Assembly (NCBI GenBank): GCA_020833025.1
Contig: JAJHRB010000038.1
Span: 1-15,233 of the forward strand
Length of the DNA stretch: 15,233 nucleotides
Origin: Thermoproteaceae archaeon
GTDB taxonomy: Archaea > Thermoproteota > Thermoprotei > Thermoproteales > Thermoproteaceae
Direction: 5' to 3'
Shown: piece after piece, positions 1 through 8,270 of the stretch
Layout of the letters: every line of letters begins with the position of its first letter
Numbering within the stretch: position 1 is the stretch's first letter
Translations under genes and position numbers: made by a program
Notes under the pieces: model-generated
Databases searched by the model: none
Seen by the model: only the letters and a program-made list of their open reading frames with translations
Told to the model about the DNA's origin: nothing

Positions 1-1
1 G

Positions 2-817
2 GCGGGCGCCGCTGCCTCCTTTGTATCCGCCTTCGCGCTGACGCTCCTGCTCGCGCAGTGGCATCTGTTCTACGCGAGGTTCACGTACCTGCTCGCGCTG
101 CTCAAGGAGTACGTCGACGCGCACAGAGTAGACGCCGAGGTGAGAGCCCTGCACATAAACCTCGGCTTCGCGCCGTCTAGGGCGGCGGAGGAGGCGGCGA
201 GGGCAGCTGCCGAGACCCTGGGCGTGGACATACGCGTCGTGAGCGCGGGAGAGTACCTCGACATTATCGCGGCGGCCAGGAGGGCAGGGCGCCCTGTCTG
301 CTCCGTCTGCGGCACACTAAAGCGCTACATTATCAACAGGGTGCCGAGGGAGCTGGGCGCCACGAAGGTCGCGACGGGGCATCACGCTCACGACTTTCTG
401 GTCTACTACTTCAAGAACCTCGCAGGGTGTCACCACGAGTGGAATTTCAAGATACTGCCCGTTGTTAAGGGCAGCGGCAGCGCGCTGACCAGGATCAGGC
501 CGCTGATACTCGCGCGGCCGGAGGAGAACGCAGAGTACTGCAAGCAGGCGCGCCTGCCCTTCACCGAAGCCTGCTGCGAGCACAAGCCGGAGAGGCCGCC
601 GGGGTCGTGGGTTCTCGAGATGCTCGCCGCCGCCCGGAGGGCCGAGCCGGACGTCGATATAAGGCTGGTCAGCGCAATCATGAAGTTTAATGAGAAGTAC
701 GGCAGGGCTGGAGCGCCGGAGGGCATTGGGCGCTGTAAAGTCTGCGGCGAGCCATCAGGCGGCGACGTCTGTGCGGTGTGCAGGCTCAGGAAGCTGCTCT
801 CCCGTCAGCATGGATAG
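2..817 (+). CDS. TtuA/Ncs6(Ctu1)-like tRNA 2-thiolation family protein, open at the 5' window edge; expected PP-loop replaced by a hydrophobic segment (possible fusion or pseudogene)
   Basis: Frame is open from position 2 (AGAAASFVSAFALTLLLAQWHLFYARFTYLLALLKEYVDAHRVDAEVRALHINLGF...). Family motifs: HINLG, CSVCG, VATGH, RIRPL, ACC, and C-terminal Zn ribbon CKVCGEPSGGDVCAVC. No SGGKDS precedes LLALLKEY. Confidence 0.8.
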   Translation, partial: AGAAASFVSAFALTLLLAQWHLFYARFTYLLALLKEYVDAHRVDAEVRALHINLGFAPSRAAEEAARAAAETLGVDIRVVSAGEYLDIIAAARRAGRPVCSVCGTLKRYIINRVPRELGATKVATGHHAHDFLVYYFKNLAGCHHEWNFKILPVVKGSGSALTRIRPLILARPEENAEYCKQARLPFTEACCEHKPERPPGSWVLEMLAAARRAEPDVDIRLVSAIMKFNEKYGRAGAPEGIGRCKVCGEPSGGDVCAVCRLRKLLSRQHG

Positions 818-1772
818 ACGTGTTTGCCAGCCCCCAGCGCCTCATTAGCTTGTCGCAGGACTTGAATACCATGAGCACCTCCGCCGCGCGCTCGGGCGGC
901 ACGCCGCGGCTTGCCAGCATCTCCGCGTGGAGCTCGGTCGGAATCCCAAGCGATATTAGGAGGTCTGCAGCCTTGTCCACCGGCAGATCCTCCTCGTATA
1001 TAATGCGCGCTGCCGCGTTTGCTGCAAGAGCGGCTCTCGGGTCAAACACGAAGCCAACCGTCGCGATGAGGCTTACCTCAACGCTGCGGGACCCCCCGCG
1101 TATCTTGACCACGCCGTACTCGCCGCGCGCGGCCCGCACGGCGATTGACGACGCCTCAGTCACGCAATGCTCTGCCAGCCTCTCGAGCAGCGCGATCTGA
1201 TCCCTCACGAGCCCCACGGAGCCGAGGTAGCCTCCCCTCCTGGCAATCTCAGCCGCCCTCCTAAGCGCGTAGTCCAGCGGCAGCTCGCCGTCAGCCCCCG
1301 GCGACATTACGACGAGCTCGGCGCTGCCGCCCAGGTCCTCGACGCGCGCGAGCACGGCCAGGCTGTACGCGTCGGCGAGGGGGCTCCTCAGGGTGTCCTC
1401 GCAGCCAGCGCCGAGCACGTCCCCGCCCACGTCCACCCCGACGACCTTCCCGAACTTAAGCAGCGCCCTGGCGACCTCTGACGGCCTCCTGTACGGGTCC
1501 ACTGCGTAAACTGGCCTGTTCAGCACTCTCGCAACGCAGGCTCCCTGCGTCTCGAACCTCCTGCCTCCCCTCTCGGCGTAGCTGCCTGGCATCACGGCGT
1601 AGAGCCCGTCGCACACCCTGATGGCTCCCCTGACGGCCTCAGGGGGCACCGGGCCGGGCTCCGGGTCTACGGAGCGCCTCTCCCACGGCACGTGCCCGAC
1701 GTCCTCCCATCTCGCGAGCGTCGCGGCCATTATGACGTCCCCGCCGCCCCCGACGCCGAGGTAAAGAGCCAC
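786..1772 (-). CDS. DUF1152-like protein of unknown function
   Basis: 328 aa, GTG start. N-terminal GVGGGGDV, internal VDVGGDVL, DAYSLAVL and GADGEL motifs match my recollection of DUF1152 proteins. The 3' end overlaps the upstream ORF convergently by 32 bp. Confidence 0.75.
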   Translation of the reverse strand: MALYLGVGGGGDVIMAATLARWEDVGHVPWERRSVDPEPGPVPPEAVRGAIRVCDGLYAVMPGSYAERGGRRFETQGACVARVLNRPVYAVDPYRRPSEVARALLKFGKVVGVDVGGDVLGAGCEDTLRSPLADAYSLAVLARVEDLGGSAELVVMSPGADGELPLDYALRRAAEIARRGGYLGSVGLVRDQIALLERLAEHCVTEASSIAVRAARGEYGVVKIRGGSRSVEVSLIATVGFVFDPRAALAANAAARIIYEEDLPVDKAADLLISLGIPTELHAEMLASRGVPPERAAEVLMVFKSCDKLMRRWGLANTSIHADGRAAS

Positions 1773-1792
1773 GGGGCGCGCCCTGCGGCCAG

Positions 1793-1798
1793 TTTAAT
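1793..1798 (-). promoter_or_regulatory. TATA-like element (ATTAAA) for the DUF1152 gene, overlapping the SDR stop codon
   Basis: Minus strand cATTAAAct lies 26-21 nt upstream of GTG 1772, the same spacing as other promoters in the window. Confidence 0.45.
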
Positions 1799-2714
1799 GC
1801 TTGGACACGCCTATCTTGGACGTTATGTACAGGGCCATCTCTCTGACCTCGCCCTCGAAGTCCGGCCTGGGAGTCCAGCCGAGCAGCGACCTCATCTTCT
1901 CGCAGCTGAAGCGCCTGTCAAGGTAAGGCAGGTGCCCGCGGAATTCCGGAGGCGCGAGCACTCTCAGCGCCCATTTCGGCACGAAGAGGGGCACGGCCCT
2001 GCGGCCGAGCGCCGCGTCTATCACGCGGACGAAGTCTGCAAGCGCTCTCGGCTCGCACTCCGTCGCGAAGAAAAAGTCCCTGGAGAGCTCAATCGAGCGT
2101 GCTATCGCCTCGGCGAGAGACTTTCCGGATATTACGGAGACTCTGGCTCTCACGAGCGGCGCGACCCTTCTGGCCACGAGCCTCACTAGCGCGGTCCACT
2201 CTGGGTGGCTGTTGAACTTGCCGTAGGCGAGGACGGGGCGGACTATGACCCAGTCGCTGAAGCACCCCGCCACGGCCCTCTCGCCCTCTGCCTTTGACGC
2301 GTCGTACTCAGTCAGCGGCTTTATCCCCTCCAGGTGCCTCTCCTCCTCCACGATCACGTCGCCGATGGGTCCCCTGACGGTGGCCGCCGACACGTGAACC
2401 ACCTTGCCCCTCCAGTTGACCCTGACGGCAGCTCGGCAGAGTCTCTCTGGGAACTCTGCATTTGCTTCCCTCAACTCCCGCACGGTTCCGTAGTACTTGC
2501 CCACTAAATTTATCACAATGTCTGGGTTGACCCTGAGGGCCTCCCCGGGCTCGCTGTACTCCACAATTGCGGCGAAGTTGGAGGCGTGTCGAGCTACGTC
2601 CTGCTTTCTGGCCGCAGAGCCCGGCCTGCTAGCAACGTAAACATCGCGCCCCGCCAGCGCCTCCACGAGATTTGCGCCGACGAAGCCGAGACCCCCGAAG
2701 ACTAAAATCCTCAT
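1794..2714 (-). CDS. NAD(P)-dependent epimerase/dehydratase (extended/atypical SDR)
   Basis: 306 aa. Rossmann motif ILVFGGLGFVG, catalytic Ser region VHVSAA, YxxxK motif YDASK, IVRP motif. Confidence 0.9.
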   Translation of the reverse strand: MRILVFGGLGFVGANLVEALAGRDVYVASRPGSAARKQDVARHASNFAAIVEYSEPGEALRVNPDIVINLVGKYYGTVRELREANAEFPERLCRAAVRVNWRGKVVHVSAATVRGPIGDVIVEEERHLEGIKPLTEYDASKAEGERAVAGCFSDWVIVRPVLAYGKFNSHPEWTALVRLVARRVAPLVRARVSVISGKSLAEAIARSIELSRDFFFATECEPRALADFVRVIDAALGRRAVPLFVPKWALRVLAPPEFRGHLPYLDRRFSCEKMRSLLGWTPRPDFEGEVREMALYITSKIGVSKH

Positions 2715-2737
2715 ACAGCGGCGGCGCCTGGGCGTTG

Positions 2738-2742
2738 ATTAA
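2738..2742 (-). promoter_or_regulatory. TATA-like element for the SDR gene
   Basis: Minus strand gtaagTTAATcaa, 28-24 nt upstream of ATG 2714. Confidence 0.5.
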
Positions 2743-2954
2743 CTTACCGCGCCTATTCGCGTGGTTGCCCTGCTCGCCGCAGCGCCGGCAAGTGCCGTCA
2801 GCAGCTTGCGGCAGCCCTAACCGCCGCGGGTGCAGCCGCGCGAGCGCTCCACAATTTCCCTCTTTTTCCGTGCCGCCCCGCGGCCAGCGGGCGGGGGACT
2901 CCGGCCCCCGGAGGCAGTGGGGATTGAGGGGGCGCTGACATCACACCCGTGTCG

Positions 2955-4595
<1,641 letters not shown>

Positions 4596-4615
4596 TTACT
4601 GGTGTGCGCGCGTGC

Positions 4616-4621
4616 TTAAAA
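4616..4621 (-). promoter_or_regulatory. TATA box for pyrG (leaderless spacing)
   Basis: Minus strand TTTTAA, 26-21 nt upstream of ATG 4595. Confidence 0.6.
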
Positions 4622-4664
4622 GCTATGCGCGGAGAGCCGCAGTAATTCTCTGGGCGCACGCTAA

Positions 4665-4728
4665 TCAGCGCCCGCCACGCGGGCTGCCTCTCGCCACCGA
4701 CTCCGCGTGGGTTCAACTCTTCATCGCC
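4665..4728 (-). ncRNA. Candidate box C/D sRNA
   Basis: Minus strand: GGCGATGA (C-like, 4728-4721), AGAGTTGAACCCACG, CGGA (D'-like, 4705-4702), GTGGCGA (degenerate C', 4697-4691), 22-nt spacer, CTGA (D, 4668-4665). About 63 nt, with an A/T-rich element about 25 nt upstream. Confidence 0.5.
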
Positions 4729-4743
4729 GTCCCCCCGTCACTG

Positions 4744-4752
4744 TTTTTTATT
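4744..4752 (-). promoter_or_regulatory. A/T-rich element AATAAAAAA: possible promoter of the candidate sRNA, or a plus-strand T6 terminator
   Basis: T6A run on plus. On minus it lies about 25 nt upstream of the C-like box. Confidence 0.35.
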
Positions 4753-4787
4753 CCTTCTGCGCGCGGTCTCGCCGCCCCGCCTCACGG

Positions 4788-4794
4788 TTATATT
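4788..4794 (+). promoter_or_regulatory. TATA box for the PRTase gene
   Basis: TTATATT begins 26 nt upstream of GTG 4814. Confidence 0.55.
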
Positions 4795-4813
4795 CCGGTT
4801 CCAGCAGTTGTGC

Positions 4814-5359
4814 GTGAGGCTCATTAGCATAGGGGGTCTGAGGGTTCTCGCGCTCTCCTGGCCTGAGGGCATAGCGCTCAGCGAGGCGCTTGCCAGAGAA
4901 GTGCGCGGCGCCGGCTATGTGCCAGATATAATTGTCGCTATTTCGAGAGGCGGGCTGGTGCCTGCTCGCATAATCAGCGATGTACTTGGAGTCGATGACA
5001 TTATTACACTGGGGATCAAGCACTGGAGAGTTGCCGAGAGGCGGGCGCAGAGGCCCGTGCTTTATCACGTCATTGAGGCTGGCGCAGTGCGCGACAAGAG
5101 GGTGCTGGTGGTTGATGAGGTGGCCGACACGGGCAGCACCCTGGCGCTTGCAAAGAGCCTGGTTGAGATGCTGGGCGCGCTGGAGGTGAAAACCGCGGTA
5201 ATTCACTTAAAGGCGACCAGCAGCTTCGCGCCTGACTTCTACGCCGAGAGACTTGAGGACTGGGTCTGGGTGGCTTACCCGTGGAGTCGCTGCGAGGACG
5301 TGAGGGAGCTCAGGAGGCGCGGCATGGACGTGTCCGGGCTGGGCGGGGAGCAGTGTTGA
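4814..5359 (+). CDS. Type I phosphoribosyltransferase (purine/xanthine-guanine PRT-like)
   Basis: IVAISRGGLVPARII and PRPP-binding VLVVDEVADTGSTL, C-terminal WVAYPW. GTG 4814 is preferred over TTG 4808 from TATA spacing. Confidence 0.92.
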   Translation: MRLISIGGLRVLALSWPEGIALSEALAREVRGAGYVPDIIVAISRGGLVPARIISDVLGVDDIITLGIKHWRVAERRAQRPVLYHVIEAGAVRDKRVLVVDEVADTGSTLALAKSLVEMLGALEVKTAVIHLKATSSFAPDFYAERLEDWVWVAYPWSRCEDVRELRRRGMDVSGLGGEQC

Positions 5360-5612
5360 GCCCCTCCACGCGAGCGCGGGAATCCCGCGGGGCTTCCAGA
5401 GCCGTGCCCCCATTTCCCCCCGCGCCGGCCCTCTGCGGCGCGAGCGCTCTGCAGGCTCCGCGGCGTGCCAGGAGCGCGGGGCGGGGAGCCGGGAGGGCTG
5501 ACAGCAGGCCCCTGCCGGTAGAGGCATGTGCCAGCGGCCGTGAGGGCCGCGCTCGCGCTACTCCGCGGCCTCTCTCACCCCCGGCGGGAGCCAGGACGCC
5601 GCTGTGATCGGC

Positions 5613-8237
5613 CTATTGCATTATGCGCGAGAGGATGTAGTTGTAAACACCGCCGTGCTTGAGGTACTCCGTCTCGGCGCGCGTGTACACTGCGAGCTTG
5701 GCTTTTATCTCGTCAACGCGGCCGTTCCTTCTGCGTATGCGGATTAAGACCTCCTTCTCCGGCCAGAACTCTCCCGAGAGGCCGAGGATGTCTATAACCT
5801 CCGAGCCGTCGAGACCCAGCCTGTCGGCTGTGATGCCCTCGGGCAGCCGCACTGGCGCGATGCCGACCATTATTAAGTTCTGCCTGTGAATCCTCTCAAA
5901 GCTCTCGGCAATCACCGCTCTAACGCCGAGGAGTCTCGGCCCCTTTGCCGCCCAGTCCCTGCTCGACCCGACTCCGTAGTTCTTGCCGGCGACTATCACC
6001 AGCGGCACTCCCTCCCTCTTGTAGGCCTCTGCTGCCTCGTACACCGTCATGGCGATGCCCTCGGGGAACTTGATAGTGAGCCCGCCGGGAAGCCCCCCGA
6101 TTTTGTTCACGTAGCCCCTGCTGCAAAACGTGCCGCGCACCATTACCTGCCAGTTGCCCCGGCGCGAGCCGAAAGTCCCGAGCTCCGAGGGGCTGACGCC
6201 CGCGGAGATCAGAAACCTGCCGGCAGGGCTGTCTGCCGGGATCTCGCCGGCAGGGCTTATGTGATCTGTCGTTATGTTGTCCCCCAGCACGAGCAGGGGT
6301 CTCGCGCCCACTATGTCTCCGGCTGCCGCGCCCCCCTCCGCGAGCGGCGATGGCTGTATGTACGTGTCGTCAGGGCGCCAGCTATACAGCGCCCCGGAGG
6401 GGGTCTCCAGCGCGTGCCACTCTTCTGGCACAGGCCTTGTGTACGCCTCCCTGTAGACCTCAGGTCTCGCCCACTCCTCGACCGTGGCGCGTACCTCCTC
6501 CCGCGCCGGCCAGAGGTCGCGCAGGTAGACCGGCCTTCCGTCGGGCGCGTAGGCTAGTGGCTCCGACTCGAGGTCCCGCGTCACAGTTCCAGCTATTGCG
6601 TAGGCCACGACGAGCGGCGGCGACGCGAGATACACCGCGCGGATGTCGGGGTGGATCCTCCCCTCGAAGTTTCTATTTCCTGAGATAACCGCAGCGACAA
6701 GTATGTCGTGCTCCCTCACGGCCCTAATGACGGGCTCCGGCAGGGGGCCCGAGTTTCCTATACACGTCGCGCAGCCGTAGGCGGCGACGTGAAAGCCCAG
6801 CGCGTCGAGATACTTCTGGAGGCCGCTCCTCTCTAGAATCTCCGCGGCGGCTCTCGATCCCGGCGTGAAGCTCGTCTTGACATACGGCGGGGGTCTCACG
6901 CCCAGCTCAGCTGCGCGCCTCGCGAGAAGCCCGACGGCGACCAGGAGATACGGGTTGCTGGTGTTAGTGCAGCTCGCTACTGCGGCTATTACCACATCCC
7001 CATCGCTCAGCACGATACCCCTCCCGTCAATCTCGATCTCAACGCTCTTTTTCGAGCGCCTCCTTTTCCTCTCGCAGAGGAGTTTCATAAAACTGCCGGG
7101 AACCTCCGCCAGCTTTCTTCTATCCCACGGCAGCGTCGGCCCGGCAACGCAGCGCTCCACGGCAGAGAGGTCAAAGTCTATGACGCGGCTGTACTCAGCC
7201 CCAGCGGCCCCGCCGAAGAGCCCTTGCGCCTCGTAATACTTCCTTACTAGGGCAATGTGACTCTCGGGCCTCCCGGTAATTGCGAGATAGCGTAGCGTCT
7301 CCTCGTCAACCGGAAAGAGAGCGACTGTAGCGCCGTACTCCGGAGCCATGTTTGACACGACCGCGCGGTCAGGCACTGTCAGCTTCCTCACGCCATCGCA
7401 GACGAACTCGATGAACGCGTCAACGACACCGGCCTTGCGCAAGAGCTCTGTGAGTGTCAGCGCGACGTCCGTTGCCGTGACGCCAGGCCTGGGCTCGCCG
7501 TAAAGACAAACCGCAACGACGCGCGGCAGCCTAATGGTGACGGGCTCGCCCAGCAGTGCCGCCTCGGCCTCAATCCCGCCTACGCCCCAGCCCACGACCC
7601 CGAGGCCGTTTGTCATGGTCGTGTGGCTGTCGGTTCCTATCACGGTCTCGAAGTAAGCAAGGCCCCCCTCAGCTACGACAACTCTCGCCAGCAGCTCGAG
7701 GTTTACCTGGTGGATGATGCCCGCTCCCGGCGGGAACACCCTCAAGTTTGCAAACGCCTGCTGGGCCCACTTTATGAAGCGGTACCTCTCCTTGTTCCTC
7801 CGGATCTCGAGCGCCACGTTTCGCCTCAGCGCGTCGCGCGACCCCCAGAAGTCAACGCTTACCGAGTGATCTATTACTAGGTCGACAGGCGCCTGCGGAT
7901 TGACGACGAGCGGGTTGCCGCCGGCTCTCGCCACGGCATCGCGCAGGGTCGCAAGGTCCACTAGCACCGGCACTCCCGTGTAGTCTTGCATTATTACACG
8001 CGAGACCCGGATTGCGACCTCGCCCTGCGGCGCCCTGGAGTCCCAGCGCAGCAGCGTCTCGAGGTGCTCCCTCGTCACGCTCCTGCCGTCTAAGTTGCGC
8101 AGGACGTTCTCCAAAAGCACGCGCAGCGAGTACGGCAGCTTGTCAATGTCGTGGCCCTCCTCGCCGAGTGCTGCAATTCTGTAGTAGCGGTATACACTGT
8201 TGCCGACGGAGAGCTTGCCCACGAGGTGCTCCGTCAC
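5613..8237 (-). CDS. acnA: Aconitate hydratase (AcnA/IRP1 type)
   Basis: 874 aa. LPYSLRVLLEN, MQDYTGVP, DLVIDHSV, GTDSHT, cluster Cys in SCTNTSNP and GCATCIGNSG, SGNRNFEGRIH, DHISPAG, GSSRDWAAKG, ESFERIH. Confidence 0.98.
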   Translation of the reverse strand: MTEHLVGKLSVGNSVYRYYRIAALGEEGHDIDKLPYSLRVLLENVLRNLDGRSVTREHLETLLRWDSRAPQGEVAIRVSRVIMQDYTGVPVLVDLATLRDAVARAGGNPLVVNPQAPVDLVIDHSVSVDFWGSRDALRRNVALEIRRNKERYRFIKWAQQAFANLRVFPPGAGIIHQVNLELLARVVVAEGGLAYFETVIGTDSHTTMTNGLGVVGWGVGGIEAEAALLGEPVTIRLPRVVAVCLYGEPRPGVTATDVALTLTELLRKAGVVDAFIEFVCDGVRKLTVPDRAVVSNMAPEYGATVALFPVDEETLRYLAITGRPESHIALVRKYYEAQGLFGGAAGAEYSRVIDFDLSAVERCVAGPTLPWDRRKLAEVPGSFMKLLCERKRRRSKKSVEIEIDGRGIVLSDGDVVIAAVASCTNTSNPYLLVAVGLLARRAAELGVRPPPYVKTSFTPGSRAAAEILERSGLQKYLDALGFHVAAYGCATCIGNSGPLPEPVIRAVREHDILVAAVISGNRNFEGRIHPDIRAVYLASPPLVVAYAIAGTVTRDLESEPLAYAPDGRPVYLRDLWPAREEVRATVEEWARPEVYREAYTRPVPEEWHALETPSGALYSWRPDDTYIQPSPLAEGGAAAGDIVGARPLLVLGDNITTDHISPAGEIPADSPAGRFLISAGVSPSELGTFGSRRGNWQVMVRGTFCSRGYVNKIGGLPGGLTIKFPEGIAMTVYEAAEAYKREGVPLVIVAGKNYGVGSSRDWAAKGPRLLGVRAVIAESFERIHRQNLIMVGIAPVRLPEGITADRLGLDGSEVIDILGLSGEFWPEKEVLIRIRRRNGRVDEIKAKLAVYTRAETEYLKHGGVYNYILSRIMQ

Positions 8238-8257
8238 GCGAGCCCGCGGCGGGCTAG

Positions 8258-8270
8258 TTATGAATTATGA
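8258..8270 (-). promoter_or_regulatory. AT-rich tandem TCATAA-T-TCATAA in the last radical SAM codons; possible acnA promoter
   Basis: The second TCATAA (8263-8258) lies 26-21 nt upstream of the acnA GTG at 8237. Confidence 0.4.

Noticed and set aside
4640-4742. tRNA gene on the plus strand (GTGGGTTCAACTC T-loop motif, CCCCCCGTCA end)
   Set aside because: No T-stem complement, acceptor stem or D/anticodon arms. Better explained as an antisense guide on the minus strand.
5360-5612. RNase P or SRP RNA in the long GC-rich spacers (also 10700-11060 and 11550-11930)
   Set aside because: I found no GAGGAAnnUCC or ACAnAA RNase P motifs and no AGG..GNRA..AGC SRP helix 8 motif on either strand by eye. 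A covariance search would be needed for full exclusion.
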